Positions 36,826 through 48,598 are shown, numbered from the stretch's first letter. The stretch: DNA of 64,000 nucleotides from a bacterium (GCA_965242545.1 OZ251456.1:2947093-3011092), one strand, 5' to 3'. The notes: generated by a model not told the origin, from the sequence alone. A program made the numbers and translations.

Positions 36826-39255
36826 ATGGACGACCTCCGCGAAGTCAGCATTGAGCAGGAGATGAGCGCCTCTTTCATGGACTACGCGATGAGCGTCATC
36901 ATCGCGCGCGCCCTGCCCGACGTTCGGGACGGGCTCAAGCCGGTGCAGCGGCGCATCCTCACCACGCTGAACGACCTGGGTCTCGCGCACAACAGGCCGT
37001 TTCGCAAGTGCGCGAAAATCGCGGGGGACGTGAGCGGAAACTATCACCCGCACGGCGAGGCGGTGGTCTATCCGGCGCTGGCGCGCATGGCGCAGGACTT
37101 CTCCCTGCGGGGCCTCCTCGTGGACGGGCAGGGCAACTTCGGCTCGGTGGACGGCGACCCGCCCGCGGCCATGCGCTACACCGAGGCGCGGATGACGCGG
37201 CTCGCCGAGAACATGCTCGCCGACATCGAGAAGGATACCGTCGATTTCATCCCCAACTACGACAACACGCGAACGGAGCCTTCCGTTCTTCCCGCCCGCG
37301 TGCCGAACCTTCTGCTGAACGGCTCCACCGGCATCGCCGTCGGCATGGCCACGAACATCCCGCCCCACAACCTGGGCGAACTTTGCGACGCGCTCGTCCG
37401 CCTGCTGGAGAAGGAGGACGCCTCGACCGAGGAGATTCTCCGGAAGATGCCGGGGCCCGACTTCCCCACCGCGGGCATCATCTACGGCCGCGCCGGAATC
37501 AGGAGCTACTACGAGACGGGGCGCGGCTCGCTTCAGATACGGGCCAAGGCGATGGTGGAGGTCAGCGCGAGGAGCGGCCGCCAGTCCATCGTGGTGACCG
37601 AGATTCCCTACGCGCTCAACAAGTCGCGGCTCATCGAGAAGATCGCGGAACTCGCGCGCGAGCAGAAGATCAGGGAGATATCGGACATCAGGGACGAGAG
37701 CGACCGGAGCGGAATGCGCATCGTCATCGACCTGAAAAGAGACGCCGTGGGCGGCGCGGTGCTGAACCAGCTCTACAAGCACACCCAGATGCAGACGAGC
37801 TTCGGCGTCATCCTCCTCGCGCTCGTGAACAACCAGCCGCGCGTGATGGGCGTGAGGGAGATGCTCTCCCACTTCCTCCGCTACCGCCGGGAGATCGTCC
37901 TCAGACGCAGCCGCTTCGACCTCGACAAGGCCGAGAAAAGGGCGCACATCCTCGAGGGCTACCGCATCGCTCTCGACGCCATCGAGGAGGTCATCCGGCT
38001 CATCCGGGGGAGCAAGACGCCCGAGGAGGCGCGCGACGGCCTCATCGGGGGCTTCGGCCTCTCCCGGCCGCAGGCCCAGGCCATCCTGGAGATGCGGCTT
38101 CAGCGCCTCACGGGCCTCGAGCGCGACAAGATAGAGGCGGAATACGAGGAGCTTCAGAAAACCATCGAACACCTCCGGAAGGTGCTCGTGGATCAGAGCC
38201 TCCAGACCGCCATCATCAAGGAGGAGCTCCTTGAGGTGAAGGAGAAATTCGCGGACGAGAGAAGAACCCGGATTGTGGACGAGGCGGTCGAGATCTCCCT
38301 GGAGGACATGATCGTCGAGGAGGACATGGCGGTCGCCATCTCGAATTCGGGATACATCAAGCGAAACGCCGTCAGCCTCTACCGCTCCCAGCGGCGCGGC
38401 GGCAAGGGCGTGATGGGCATGGGAACGAAGCAGGAGGATTTCGTCGAGCAGCTCTTCATCGCCTCCACGCACGACTACATGCTGTTCTTCACCTCGCGCG
38501 GCCGCTGCCATTGGCTGAAAGTCCACGAGATTCCGCAGGCGGGCCGCGCGGCGCGCGGCAAGGCCGTCGTGAACGTGCTCCGGCTGACGGCGGGCGAGAC
38601 CGTCTCCGCCGTCATGCCCGTCCGCAGGTTCGAGCCGGATCGCTACGTCATCATGGCGACCAGGCGGGGCGTGCTCAAGAAGACGCAGCTCGCGGCGTTC
38701 AGCCATCCGAGGGCGGGCGGCATCATCGCGCTCAGCCTCGACGACGGCGACGAGCTCATCGGGGTGGGCCAGACGAACGGCGGTCTCGACGTGTTCATCG
38801 GAACGAGAAGCGGCAAGGCCATCCGCTTTTCGGAGAACAGGATTCGCGCCGTGGGTAGAAGCGCGCGGGGCGTGCGCGGCATCCACCTGGCGAAAGAGGA
38901 CTACGTGGTGGGCATGGAGGTCGTCTCGCCGGGGGACGTCATTCTCACCGCCACCGAGCGCGGATACGGCAAGCGCAGCCGCGTGGACGACTACCGACTC
39001 ACGAACCGGGGCGGCAAGGGGGTGATCAACATCAAGGTGACGGAGAAGAACGGGCCGGTCGTCGGCATCAGGCGCGTGACCGAGGACGACGAGTTCATGC
39101 TCATCACGAGCGGGGGGCAGCTCATCCGCTCCCGCGTTCAGGACGTCTCCGTCATCGGACGCGCCGCGCAGGGCGTCCGGCTGATCGGCGTCAAGGAGGG
39201 AGACCGCGTCGCGGCGCTGGCGCGCATCGAGGAGAACGGAAGCGGCCCTTCGTAA
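36826..39255 (+). CDS. gyrA: DNA gyrase subunit A
   Basis: Active-site region '…HPHGEAVVY…', catalytic Tyr region 'RYTEARMT', C-terminal beta-pinwheel repeats. Confidence 0.95.
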   Translation: MDDLREVSIEQEMSASFMDYAMSVIIARALPDVRDGLKPVQRRILTTLNDLGLAHNRPFRKCAKIAGDVSGNYHPHGEAVVYPALARMAQDFSLRGLLVDGQGNFGSVDGDPPAAMRYTEARMTRLAENMLADIEKDTVDFIPNYDNTRTEPSVLPARVPNLLLNGSTGIAVGMATNIPPHNLGELCDALVRLLEKEDASTEEILRKMPGPDFPTAGIIYGRAGIRSYYETGRGSLQIRAKAMVEVSARSGRQSIVVTEIPYALNKSRLIEKIAELAREQKIREISDIRDESDRSGMRIVIDLKRDAVGGAVLNQLYKHTQMQTSFGVILLALVNNQPRVMGVREMLSHFLRYRREIVLRRSRFDLDKAEKRAHILEGYRIALDAIEEVIRLIRGSKTPEEARDGLIGGFGLSRPQAQAILEMRLQRLTGLERDKIEAEYEELQKTIEHLRKVLVDQSLQTAIIKEELLEVKEKFADERRTRIVDEAVEISLEDMIVEEDMAVAISNSGYIKRNAVSLYRSQRRGGKGVMGMGTKQEDFVEQLFIASTHDYMLFFTSRGRCHWLKVHEIPQAGRAARGKAVVNVLRLTAGETVSAVMPVRRFEPDRYVIMATRRGVLKKTQLAAFSHPRAGGIIALSLDDGDELIGVGQTNGGLDVFIGTRSGKAIRFSENRIRAVGRSARGVRGIHLAKEDYVVGMEVVSPGDVILTATERGYGKRSRVDDYRLTNRGGKGVINIKVTEKNGPVVGIRRVTEDDEFMLITSGGQLIRSRVQDVSVIGRAAQGVRLIGVKEGDRVAALARIEENGSGPS

Positions 39256-39384
39256 GAAGGGATGGACGATTGTGTCGGAGCTTCGCTTTTTCGCGGACGC
39301 GCGGAAATGGGGTATGATGTTCCCGACGCCTCGCGGACGCGCGGCGGGAAAAGCGAAACTCCCAAAAAGAGGAGAAACGCGCTC

Positions 39385-39876
39385 TTGAGAAAAAAAATAC
39401 TTTTCCGACTGCTGCTCCTGACGCTCGCAACCGCGCTTGCGGCTTCCCTCGCCGAGGCGCAGAGCCTGGCGCCTCCTTCCCCGCCGCCCGCTCCCCCCGA
39501 AGCCCGCCCCGCGCCGCCTCTGGCGCCTCCCGGCCAGCCCGTGGTCGGCCTGCCGACGCAGCAGCGGCCTCTGGACCTCATCGCCACCATCACGCTGGCG
39601 ACGGGAAAATCGGAGACCTTCGCCCGCGAAATCGACCGGCTCGAGATCATCACCGGGCCCGGCGGGGGCATCGAGTTGATTCATCTGGTTCTGGTCGCCG
39701 GCGGGGAGCGCAACACGCACGTCTGGTATAACTACGGCCAAGTCGCCAAGCTGAGCTACCGCTTCGTCACCCCGCAGGGAAGCTCGAAGGTGTACGTTCG
39801 TCTGCTGCAGGCCTCGCCGTCCACGAGAGATCTCACGGAGAGGCTCGAGCCGCTCAGCCCGCTCGAGTTTCGATGA
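39385..39876 (+). CDS. Secreted hypothetical protein
   Basis: TTG start with AAGAGGAG ribosome-binding site 12 nt upstream. Signal peptide 'RKKILFRLLLLTLATALAASLAEAQ', Pro-rich linker. The track ORF starts at 39262. Confidence 0.45.
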   Translation: MRKKILFRLLLLTLATALAASLAEAQSLAPPSPPPAPPEARPAPPLAPPGQPVVGLPTQQRPLDLIATITLATGKSETFAREIDRLEIITGPGGGIELIHLVLVAGGERNTHVWYNYGQVAKLSYRFVTPQGSSKVYVRLLQASPSTRDLTERLEPLSPLEFR

Positions 39877-39889
39877 GGCGTCCCGGCCG

Positions 39890-40789
39890 ATGAGCGAGAA
39901 GGGCTACGCGAATCCGGGGCTCGTCCTCACGCCCGCGCGGCTGAAGGAGCGCATCGGCGATCTGAAGGGCGACGACCTCGTCCTCATCGACACCCGTCCG
40001 GCCCCCGAGTTTTGCGCGGGCCACATCGAGGGCGCCGCGCATCTCGACTTGTACGGAATCTCGCTCAACGACACCGGACCTTCCGCGCTGGCCGCCTTCA
40101 CCTGGATGCTCGCGTATCTCATGGAGATCCGGGGCGTCGATTACGACAGGACGGTGGTGTTCTACCAGGAGAATTCGGGGTTTCGCGCGGCGCGCGGATT
40201 CTGGTTTCTGGAGTATCTGGGCCATGAGGACGCGCGCGTCCTGGACGGCGGCATCAACGCATGGAAAGCCGCCGGCCTGCCCGTCACGCGGGAGGCTTGG
40301 CCGATGACGGGAGGCCCCTACGAGGCGGGCGTCGAAGGAAGCAGGCGCATCCGGAGAACCTCGTTCGCGAGTCGGCTCAAGCCGCCCGTGGAGAGCCGCG
40401 TCGCCACGGCGGACTACATTCTGAATCACCTGGACGATCCGGACGTCGTTGTTCACGACACCCGCTCCGAGGGCGAGTATTTCGCCGAAAACGTCCGCGC
40501 AGCGCGCGGCGGCGCCGTTCCGGGTTCGGCGCATCTCGAGTGGTCGGAGGCGCTCGCGGATGACGGTTCGCTGAAGCCGGCCTCCGCGATCAGGGCGCTG
40601 CTCGAATCCAGAGGCCTGACGCCCGACAAGGAAATGACGCCCTTGTGCCAGGGCGGCTACCGCTCGGCGCACGCCTATCTCGTCTATCGTCTGCTCGGCT
40701 ATCCGAGAATCAGAAACTACCTGGGCTCCTGGAAGGAATGGGGCGACAGGGAAGACCTGCCCATCGAGGTTCCCAGGCGAAGCGGATAG
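39890..40789 (+). CDS. sseA: Thiosulfate/3-mercaptopyruvate sulfurtransferase (tandem rhodanese domains)
   Basis: Two rhodanese modules; active-site loop 'CQGGYRSAHAY'. Confidence 0.8.
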   Translation: MSEKGYANPGLVLTPARLKERIGDLKGDDLVLIDTRPAPEFCAGHIEGAAHLDLYGISLNDTGPSALAAFTWMLAYLMEIRGVDYDRTVVFYQENSGFRAARGFWFLEYLGHEDARVLDGGINAWKAAGLPVTREAWPMTGGPYEAGVEGSRRIRRTSFASRLKPPVESRVATADYILNHLDDPDVVVHDTRSEGEYFAENVRAARGGAVPGSAHLEWSEALADDGSLKPASAIRALLESRGLTPDKEMTPLCQGGYRSAHAYLVYRLLGYPRIRNYLGSWKEWGDREDLPIEVPRRSG

Positions 40790-40935
40790 CGCCTGAATCC
40801 CCCTAGAAATTCGCGGGGCGTCCAAAGCGGGCCTCGCTCGAACCGTGGGCGGGCCGCTCCCCGCTTGACGGCGGCGAGGAAGCGGCCGCGCCCCTCGCCG
40901 AAAGCCCCGGCTTTCCGGTTTCGCGCGGCCCGGGC

Positions 40936-41454
40936 TCAGCCCCCGCGGAGGAGGCGCGCGACCATCTGCGAGAGCGCGCCCGCGACGGGCGGAACCCAGA
41001 AGACGGCGAGGATTCGGAACAGGAAGAACTCGGTGCCGATGATGGGAATTTCATAAACGAACGTGCGAACCGGGCCGATCAGGGCCGACGCCGTGAGCAG
41101 CGTCACCATCGGCCCGAGGCCCGCCCCTCCCTGGAGCAGCCCGGCCACAATCGGATACAGAACGAAGGGTGCGCCTACGGGGAGCAGACACCCCGCCACC
41201 CAGCCCACGAGGATGCCGCGCCAGCCCGATCGGTCGGAGAGCCAGGCTTGCAGGATTTCCCGCGGCAGGACTTCGACCATGAGCGCGCCGATGAACATGC
41301 CGATGGCGATTTTTGGAAAAATGCTTACGATCAGGCTTCCCGCGCGGCCCGCCGGCGCCCAGGGCAGCTGTCCGGTTTTCTGATGCGCCAGAAGCGCCAG
41401 TCCCGCCGCCATGGCCAGTAGGATGAGGGTGGTCTTGTCGAAAAAGGCGGACAT
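40936..41454 (-). CDS. Putative permease (multi-transmembrane, DUF318-like)
   Basis: Five to six hydrophobic helices across its 172 aa. Confidence 0.5.
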   Translation of the reverse strand: MSAFFDKTTLILLAMAAGLALLAHQKTGQLPWAPAGRAGSLIVSIFPKIAIGMFIGALMVEVLPREILQAWLSDRSGWRGILVGWVAGCLLPVGAPFVLYPIVAGLLQGGAGLGPMVTLLTASALIGPVRTFVYEIPIIGTEFFLFRILAVFWVPPVAGALSQMVARLLRGG

Positions 41455-41567
41455 GGCGATTCCTCACGAAGAGCGCGCGCCGGGAGTATAGCCCGAATCG
41501 GGCGAATGGATATAGCGGGCCCCCGGCGAGGGACGAAGGAGGCGGCGCCGGCTTCACGGGAGCGAGC

Positions 41568-42839
41568 ATGGCGGGAGCGTATTTCACGGAAGGGGCGGCC
41601 GGCGTGGGCGGGCGCCTGCGCGTGCGGCACGAGGATTTTTGCGTGGAGGAAATTCCGCTCCTCCGCCCGAGCGGCGACGGGGAGCATCTGTATTTGCGGG
41701 TGGAGAAGCGGGGCGTTTCGACCATCGAGGCGTTGCGCGTCTTGCGGCGCGCGCTGAACCTGAAGGAAGAAAAAGCGGGCTGCGCGGGCCTGAAGGACGC
41801 GAACGCGGTGGTGAGACAGTGGTTTTCCTTTCAGACGAAAGCGCGGGGAGTGCCGGCCGCCGCCCTGAGAGCGGCGGAGGAGAGCGGCATAAGGGTTTTG
41901 GAGGCGACGCGCTCCCGGGTCGGTCTCAGACGAGGCGCGCTTTCGGGCAACCGGTTCGAGGTGCTCATTAGGGACGTCGCGCCGGACGCGGAGAGGAAGG
42001 CGCGGGAGATTCTGGATCGGCTCGTCTCCCGGGGGCTCCCCAACGCGTTCGGCGATCAGAGGTTCGGCGTCCACGGGCATACGGCGCGAATCGGCTTCGC
42101 GCTCGCGAGGAGAGACTGGCGGGGCGCGCTGGACGCGCTCCTGGGCGACGCGAGATTTTCATCCGCGCGGGAAGGCGCCGACGAGCGCCTCCTGGAAGCC
42201 GCCCGAAGATACGAGGCGGGCGATTTCGAGGGGGCGAAGCGGCTCTACCCGGCCTCTTGGGAGGCGGAGAGGCGCGCGCTTTCCCGCCTTGCGGAGGGCG
42301 CGCCGCGCAGGCTCGCGGCCGCCGCCGTTCCCCCGAGGGAGAGCGCCTTGTATGGCGGCGCGCTTCAGGCGGCCGTTTTTAATCTATGCCTGGCGAGGAG
42401 GCTCGAGGCGCGCGCCCATGATCGCGTCTGGGCGGGCGACGTGATTTTTCACCACCCATCGGGCAAAGTCAGAAGAGCGGGCGCGCCCGGGAAGGAGGCG
42501 GACGCGCTGGCGCGCTTCGAGGCGAGCCCGGCCGGGCCTCTTGTCGGCCGGAAACTTCTCGAAGCCCGCGGCGAACCGCGAAAACTGGAGCGGAGCGTGC
42601 TAGAATCCCTCGGCGTCGTGGAGCCGGAGATTCTCGACGGGCTGGACGGGCTGGGGCTTTACGGTTCTAGGCGACCCTATCGCGCGCGGGTGAAAGATGC
42701 GGGGCTTCGCGCCGAAAACGGGAATCTGCGCCTCTGGTTCACCCTGCCGTCGGGGGCGTATGCGAGCGAAGCGCTGCGGGAGCTGACGAAAAACGACCCT
42801 CCGGTGGGCGCGGTCGCGCGCGTCGGGGGGGATAGCTGA
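41568..42839 (+). CDS. truD: tRNA pseudouridine(13) synthase TruD
   Basis: N-terminal 'EDFCVEEIP', catalytic region 'GCAGLKDANAVVRQWFSF' (GxKD motif). Confidence 0.75.
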   Translation: MAGAYFTEGAAGVGGRLRVRHEDFCVEEIPLLRPSGDGEHLYLRVEKRGVSTIEALRVLRRALNLKEEKAGCAGLKDANAVVRQWFSFQTKARGVPAAALRAAEESGIRVLEATRSRVGLRRGALSGNRFEVLIRDVAPDAERKAREILDRLVSRGLPNAFGDQRFGVHGHTARIGFALARRDWRGALDALLGDARFSSAREGADERLLEAARRYEAGDFEGAKRLYPASWEAERRALSRLAEGAPRRLAAAAVPPRESALYGGALQAAVFNLCLARRLEARAHDRVWAGDVIFHHPSGKVRRAGAPGKEADALARFEASPAGPLVGRKLLEARGEPRKLERSVLESLGVVEPEILDGLDGLGLYGSRRPYRARVKDAGLRAENGNLRLWFTLPSGAYASEALRELTKNDPPVGAVARVGGDS

Positions 42840-42875
42840 GCGGAATCAATCCCGTTTTCACGAGAGAGGCGAACC

Positions 42876-43784
42876 ATGAAAGTTTTTCTGACGGGCGGAA
42901 CAGGATACGTCGGCGGCGCGCTTCTTCCGATGCTGTCGCTGGCGGGCCATGAAATCAGGGCGCTCTCCCGCGACCCCGAACCCGCGAGGCAGCGCCTCGC
43001 CTCGATGAGCGGCGTCTATCCCGTGCGGGGCGACGTCACTGCCTACTCGGTCGATCAGCTCGCCGAACTGATGAAGAAGCAGGACGCCGTCATCCATCTG
43101 GTGGGCATCATCATCGAGAAGGGAACGCCCGGCTTCGAGGCCGTTCACGCGGAGGGAACGCGCCGGATGGTGGCCGCCGCCGAGCAGGCGGGGGTGAAGC
43201 GCTTCGTTCACATGAGCGCCCTGGGGACGAGGGAGAACGCCGTCGCCCGGTATCACAAGACGAAATTCGCGGCCGAGCGCTTCGTTCGGGAGAGCTCGCT
43301 GGACTGGACGATATTCAGGCCCTCCATCGTTTTCGGCGAGAACGACGAGTTTCTGAACGCCTTCGCCGGCATCGCGCGCGTCGCGCCCGCCCTTCCCGTC
43401 ATCGGCTCGGGCGAGGGGAAGCTCCAGCCCATCTGGGTGGAGGACGTGTGCCGATGCTTCGCGGCCTGCCTGAACATGCCGGAGACCGTCGGACAGACTT
43501 ACGACATGGGCGGAAACGCCGCGTATTCCCTGAAGGAGATTCTCGCCATGGTGGTGAGGGCGATGGGCAAAAAAAGGATGCTTCTGCGCCTGCCCGCGCC
43601 CGTCGCGCGCCTCCAGGCCAAGGCGTTCAACCTGCTGCCGATGAAGCCCCCCTTCACCGAGGATCAGATTACGATGCTGGGGGAGGACAACGTGTGCGAT
43701 CCCGCGTCCCTGAAGGCGGCCTTCGGACTCGAACCCAGGACGCTCGAGGACTATCTCGAGGAGCGCTTCGGCGGGAAAGGCTGA
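42876..43784 (+). CDS. NAD-dependent epimerase/dehydratase (complex I NDUFA9-like atypical SDR)
   Basis: 'MKVFLTGGTGYVGGAL' Rossmann motif, 'YHKTK' catalytic Y-x3-K. Confidence 0.8.
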   Translation: MKVFLTGGTGYVGGALLPMLSLAGHEIRALSRDPEPARQRLASMSGVYPVRGDVTAYSVDQLAELMKKQDAVIHLVGIIIEKGTPGFEAVHAEGTRRMVAAAEQAGVKRFVHMSALGTRENAVARYHKTKFAAERFVRESSLDWTIFRPSIVFGENDEFLNAFAGIARVAPALPVIGSGEGKLQPIWVEDVCRCFAACLNMPETVGQTYDMGGNAAYSLKEILAMVVRAMGKKRMLLRLPAPVARLQAKAFNLLPMKPPFTEDQITMLGEDNVCDPASLKAAFGLEPRTLEDYLEERFGGKG

Positions 43785-43817
43785 AGGAGAGCGCCCCCAA
43801 AAGACAAGCCGCGCCCC

Positions 43818-44975
43818 TCATCGCCCGTCCGGTTTCTCCCGCGCGGAGTCGAGCGCGTCCTTCGCGGCGCGCCACGCGGCGCGCTGGGCGGTCGAGACGG
43901 CCAGGGCGGCGAAGTCTTCCTCCGAGGCCCAGACGACCCCTTCCCGATTCTCCTCCCGTCCTTTCGCCTCCCCGTCTAAATTTTCCGCCAGCCGAACGAC
44001 GAACAGAATTTTTCTGTGCGTGAGCGTCCTCTCGACGCGGGCGAGCTCGCGCCCCGGCCGCCAGCCGCGCCCGAGCGCCTTCGCGCACTCCGCTCTCAGG
44101 CGGCGCGGGTCCGCCTTCTCGCGGCGTCCGTCCTCCATGAAGCCGGGCAGCTCCCACATGCCGCCGAAGAGTCCGCTTTTCCGTCTCCGGTTCAGGCGAA
44201 CCAGTCCGTTTCGCCGCGCCCAGAACTGGAAGATGGTGGCCGGCGCGGGCGGCTTTTTCCCGGTTTTCACCGGCAGGGCGCCCTGGGTTCCGGCCTTTCG
44301 CGCCGCGCACGAATCGCGCACGGGGCACCCGGCGCAGCCGGGCTTTCGCGGAACGCAGACCCGGGCGCCCAGATCCATCAGCGCCTCGTTGAAGTCGCCG
44401 GGCCTCGACGGCGGAACGAGCGCCTGCGCCTCCTCGCGGATGACTTTCCGCGCGGGCGGGGAATCGACGGGAATCGAGAGGTTGAGAATGCGGCTCATGA
44501 TTCGCAGCGCGTTCCCGTCGATGGCCGCGCAGCGCTCCCCGAAGGCGATGCTGGCGATGGCACCCGCCGTGTAGGGGCCGACGCCCGGCAGCGCCAGCAG
44601 CTCGCCGCGCGTTTCCGGCAGCGCGCCCCCGCGGCGGCTCATCACCTCCCGCGCCCCGCGGTGGAGGTTTCTCGCGCGGCCGTAGTAGCCGAGCCCCTGC
44701 CATTCGGCCAGCACGGAATCGAGAGGCGCGTCGGCTAGGGCGGCGAGGGTGGGGAACCGCCGGATGAAGGCGGGGTAGCGCGCCCGCGCGGCGTCCGCCC
44801 GCGTTTGCTGGAGCATCGTCTCGGAGACCCAGATTCGGTACGGATCCTTCTCCCCGCGCCAGGGGAGCGTCCTTTTTTCCCGATCGTACCAGCCGAGAAG
44901 ACGCCTCCGGAACCGCCTCCGCCCGGATGAGTCGAGCCCGGCCGCCGCCGGCCCGCCTTTCGTTTTGTTTGACAT
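43818..44975 (-). CDS. mutY: A/G-specific adenine DNA glycosylase MutY
   Basis: HhH-GPD 'LPGVGPYTAGAIASIAFG', [4Fe-4S] Cys cluster 'CVPRKPGCAGCPVRDSC', C-terminal NUDIX-like domain. Confidence 0.85.
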   Translation of the reverse strand: MSNKTKGGPAAAGLDSSGRRRFRRRLLGWYDREKRTLPWRGEKDPYRIWVSETMLQQTRADAARARYPAFIRRFPTLAALADAPLDSVLAEWQGLGYYGRARNLHRGAREVMSRRGGALPETRGELLALPGVGPYTAGAIASIAFGERCAAIDGNALRIMSRILNLSIPVDSPPARKVIREEAQALVPPSRPGDFNEALMDLGARVCVPRKPGCAGCPVRDSCAARKAGTQGALPVKTGKKPPAPATIFQFWARRNGLVRLNRRRKSGLFGGMWELPGFMEDGRREKADPRRLRAECAKALGRGWRPGRELARVERTLTHRKILFVVRLAENLDGEAKGREENREGVVWASEEDFAALAVSTAQRAAWRAAKDALDSAREKPDGR

Positions 44976-45058
44976 GCGTCGAACCAGTCGTTATCTAGCG
45001 TGTGCGGGGGCGTTTCCCCCGAAGCGGCATCCTGTCGTTCGAGGTTGAACCATAGGGC

Positions 45059-46213
45059 ATGAGCGCGCTGATCAGAAGCGTATGGCGCATGGCGCTGGCG
45101 TTCGTCTGCTGCGCCGGCGCGGCGGAGGCGGCTTCTCCGGGCAGAATCGTCGTCGGCGCGGCGCTGAACCTGTCGGGAGCGGCCAGGGCCGCGGGCGAGG
45201 AGGCGCGCAACGCGCTTTTGCTCGAACAGGCGCGAATCAACCGGAGGGGCGTCGCCGGCGGGCGGATGTTCCTCCACACCCTCGACACCGGGGGCAGCCC
45301 GAAGGCGTCGGCCGCCGCCGTCCGGGAGTTCGCCCGCTCGCGCGGGGCCGTCGCCGTGATAGGGCCCGCCGAGCATTACGCCGCCATCGCCTCGGCGCGG
45401 GCGGCGCAGAAGGAGCGGGTGCCTCTTTTTTCGCTGTCGGCGCCCGAGGAGATTCTGCTCCCGACGCTGAAGTGGGTGTTTTCCACCGCGCGCCGGGCCG
45501 CCCTGCCCGTCCAGCTAATGCTGGGCGACCTGAAAGAGAGAGGCATCCGGCGCGCGGCCATCCTGGGTTCTTCCGAGGGCCGCGGCTCGGAGGGCCGGGA
45601 GCAGATGACGGCGCTCGCGCCCGACTTCGGCGTGTCCATCCTCCTGAACGAATCGTTCAGACCGGGCGAGTATAATTTTCTGCCCTTCCTGAAGCGCGCC
45701 TCCATGCGCAATGTCGGGGGCTTCGTCCTCTGGGCGACCGGCGATTCGCGCCTGGCTCTGGCGCGCGCCCGCCTAGCGCTGGACCTCGAAACGCCGCTCT
45801 ACGTTTCTCACGCGTCCCCGGAGCTGTTTGGTCCCAATACGGGGGGCAAGGCGGCCCGGGGCGTCGCGTTCCCCGCCTCGCGGCTCACGGCGGCCCATCT
45901 TCTGGACAAATCGCATCCCGCCAGAGAGGAGCTCATGGCGTTTCGCGCCGCGTATCGGAAGAAATACGGGAGCGCGCCGGGCGGGTCGGCCGCGGCCGCG
46001 GCCGACGCGCTGCGCCTTCTGGCGTGGGCGGCGCGGGGCGTGGGCGCGAACCGGGCGCGCATTCCCGCCGCCATGGAGGAGACGCGGAATTTTCCGGGAC
46101 TCAGCGGCGTCTATCATTTTTCAAAGGACGACCACAACGGGCTGAGGCTCGATTCCCTGGTTCTGGTTCGCGTCGGGAAAAGCGGGTGGGAGCTGGTTCG
46201 GCGGAAGAAATAG
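45059..46213 (+). CDS. Periplasmic substrate-binding protein (type 1 PBP, LivJ-like)
   Basis: Signal peptide 'MALAFVCCAGAAEAA', length and composition typical of branched-chain amino acid-type binding proteins. Confidence 0.65.
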   Translation: MSALIRSVWRMALAFVCCAGAAEAASPGRIVVGAALNLSGAARAAGEEARNALLLEQARINRRGVAGGRMFLHTLDTGGSPKASAAAVREFARSRGAVAVIGPAEHYAAIASARAAQKERVPLFSLSAPEEILLPTLKWVFSTARRAALPVQLMLGDLKERGIRRAAILGSSEGRGSEGREQMTALAPDFGVSILLNESFRPGEYNFLPFLKRASMRNVGGFVLWATGDSRLALARARLALDLETPLYVSHASPELFGPNTGGKAARGVAFPASRLTAAHLLDKSHPAREELMAFRAAYRKKYGSAPGGSAAAAADALRLLAWAARGVGANRARIPAAMEETRNFPGLSGVYHFSKDDHNGLRLDSLVLVRVGKSGWELVRRKK

Positions 46214-46444
46214 GCGCCCGGCGGCCCCCTTTTCCGGGCGGGAGCGGCCTCGCCGTCGTTGGGAGCTATTGCCGCCGGACGCCGATTTGGCGGGTCCAGG
46301 TGGTTGACAGGAATCCGTTTGGGGCTTATATGTGCGAGTGAACGGGTCGGCGACCATTTCGGTCGCATTTGAGGAGGGAGGCGCCGCCCTCTTCGCAAGG
46401 GCCCGGCCTGACCGGCGGATCGGCGCAACCTGGGGCGGCGGGAA

Positions 46445-46870
46445 ATGTTCTCGATAGCCAAGCGCACGGATTACGGATTGATGGCGCTCTCCTACCTGGC
46501 GGAGCGGGAGGAGGACGAGGCGATCACCTCGAAGACCATCGCGAGCCGGTTTCGCATTCCCGCCGAATTGCTGGCGAAGACGATGCAGCTTCTCGCCAGA
46601 AGCGGAATCGTGGAATCCAGAAACGGGCCCAAGGGGGGCTACGTTCTCTCCCGGCGGCCGGAGTCCATTTCGGTGGCGGAGGTCATCCGGGCGATCGAGG
46701 GGCCCATCGCCATGGCGGTCTGCCAGGTCGGCGACGCCGCGGGCTGCGAACAATTCGAGAGGTGCACCATTTTTTATCCCATGGAGAGAATCCAGAGAAA
46801 GGTGACCGACCTGCTTGAGGGCATGACCCTTCAGGACATGGTGGGTACGCCGGCGGGAGAGACGAGATGA
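46445..46870 (+). CDS. iscR: Rrf2-family transcriptional regulator IscR
   Basis: N-terminal winged HTH '[11 protein letters not shown]', Cys ligands '[15 protein letters not shown]'. First gene of the isc operon. Confidence 0.85.
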   Translation: MFSIAKRTDYGLMALSYLAEREEDEAITSKTIASRFRIPAELLAKTMQLLARSGIVESRNGPKGGYVLSRRPESISVAEVIRAIEGPIAMAVCQVGDAAGCEQFERCTIFYPMERIQRKVTDLLEGMTLQDMVGTPAGETR

Positions 46871-48087
46871 GCTTGAAGTTCCCCATCTACATGGATTACC
46901 AGGCGACGACGCCCATGGACCCCCGGGTTCTGGACGAGATGCTCCCCTACTTCGGCGACAGGTTCGGCAACGCCGCGAGCCGCAACCACAGCTTCGGCTG
47001 GGAGGCGGAGAAGGCCGTGGACGACGCCCGGGAGAAGCTCGCCGCCCTCATCGGCGCGGACCCGCGCGAGATCATCTTCACGAGCGGCGCCACCGAGTCG
47101 GACAACATGGCGCTCAAGGGCGTCGCCGAGATGTACAAGAAAAAGGGCAGCCACGTCGTCACCTCGGCGATAGAGCACAAGGCCGTCATCGACTCGGCCA
47201 AGCGCCTCGAGACGTGGGGCTTCGACGTCGCCTATATCGAGCCTCCGGAGGACGGCATCACGACGGCGGAGATGGTCGAGGCCGCCCTGCGGGACGACAC
47301 CATTCTCGTCTCCATCATGGCGGCGAACAACGAGGTCGGCGTCCTGAACCCCATCGCCGAGATCGGGGCGCTGTGCCGCGAGCGCGGCGTTCTCTTCCAC
47401 ACGGACGCCACGCAGGGCTACGGCAAGATTCCCATCGACGTGAACGAGATGAACATCGATCTGCTCTCGGCCACCGCGCACAAGATATACGGCCCCAAGG
47501 GCGTGGGCATGCTCTACGTGCGCAGGCGCAGGCCGCGCGTCCGGCTCTCCGCCATCATCGACGGCGGCGGCCACGAGCGGGGAATGCGCTCGGGCACGCT
47601 GAACGTCTCGGGCATCGTCGGCTTCGGCAAGGCGGCCGAGCTGTGCGCGGAGGAGATGGAGGAGGAAAACCTCCGCCTCACGAACCTGCGCGACAAATTC
47701 AGGTCCGTCATGTTCGAGAGCCTCGAGGAGGTCTACGTGAACGGCCATGAGACGAAGCGGCTCGCGGGCAACCTCAACCTGAGCTTCCCCTACGTGGAGG
47801 GCGAATCGCTCATCATGGGGCTGAGCGACGTGGCCGTGTCCTCCGGCTCCGCCTGCACCTCGGCGAGCCTGGAGCCGAGCTACGTGCTGAAGTCCATGGG
47901 CCGGGGCGACGAGCTGGCGCATTCGTCGATCCGGTTCGGGTTCGGCCGCTTCTCCACCGAGGAGGAGATGGAATACGTTGCCGAGAAGACGACGAACATC
48001 GTGAACCGGCTTCGGGAGATGAGCCCGCTTTACGAGATGGTGAAGGAGGGCGTCGATCTCTCCAAGGTGGAGTGGCAGTCTCACTAA
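46867..48087 (+). CDS. iscS: Cysteine desulfurase IscS
   Basis: '[10 protein letters not shown]', PLP-Lys '[14 protein letters not shown]', active-site 'SSGSACTS'. Confidence 0.95.
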   Translation: MSLKFPIYMDYQATTPMDPRVLDEMLPYFGDRFGNAASRNHSFGWEAEKAVDDAREKLAALIGADPREIIFTSGATESDNMALKGVAEMYKKKGSHVVTSAIEHKAVIDSAKRLETWGFDVAYIEPPEDGITTAEMVEAALRDDTILVSIMAANNEVGVLNPIAEIGALCRERGVLFHTDATQGYGKIPIDVNEMNIDLLSATAHKIYGPKGVGMLYVRRRRPRVRLSAIIDGGGHERGMRSGTLNVSGIVGFGKAAELCAEEMEEENLRLTNLRDKFRSVMFESLEEVYVNGHETKRLAGNLNLSFPYVEGESLIMGLSDVAVSSGSACTSASLEPSYVLKSMGRGDELAHSSIRFGFGRFSTEEEMEYVAEKTTNIVNRLREMSPLYEMVKEGVDLSKVEWQSH

Positions 48088-48157
48088 GCGAATTTTTGCG
48101 CGCGTCCCGCGCGCGGGAGCCTTCGGCTCGCGGGAGCCAAAAAAGGAGAACGGGAAG

Positions 48158-48568
48158 ATGGCCTACAGCGACAAGGTGGTCGATCACTACAACAACCCCC
48201 GCAACGTCGGTTCGCTCGACAAGGCGGACCCGGCGGTGGGCACGGGCATCGTCGGCGCGCCGGAGTGCGGCGACGTGATGAAGCTGCAAATCAAGGTGAG
48301 CGGGGAGGGCCTCATCGAGGACGCGAAGTTCAAGACGTTCGGCTGCGGGAGCGCCATCGCCTCGAGCTCGCTGGCCACCGAGTGGCTCAAGGGCAAGACG
48401 GTGGACGAGGCGGAGGAGATCAGGAACACGCAGATCGTCGAGGAGCTGAACCTCCCTCCCGTGAAGATTCACTGCTCCGTGCTGGCGGAGGACGCCATCA
48501 AGACCGCGCTGAACGACTTTCGGGAGAAGAACGACATTCCGGTCGTCGAGCGCAAGGGCCACCACTAG
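48158..48568 (+). CDS. iscU: Fe-S cluster scaffold IscU
   Basis: 'GAPECGDVMKLQI', 'FKTFGCGSAIASSS', 'IHCSVLAEDAI', 'LPPVK'. Confidence 0.95.
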   Translation: MAYSDKVVDHYNNPRNVGSLDKADPAVGTGIVGAPECGDVMKLQIKVSGEGLIEDAKFKTFGCGSAIASSSLATEWLKGKTVDEAEEIRNTQIVEELNLPPVKIHCSVLAEDAIKTALNDFREKNDIPVVERKGHH

Positions 48569-48598
48569 GCGCGGGCGGCCCGCCGACGGAGGACGCGA

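Noticed and set aside
36754-39741. 995-aa minus-strand ORF antisense to gyrA, and the 408-aa alternate-frame ORF 37008..38234
   Set aside because: They are entirely antisense to, or frame-shifted within, the highly conserved gyrA. Their composition is typical of GC-rich shadow ORFs.
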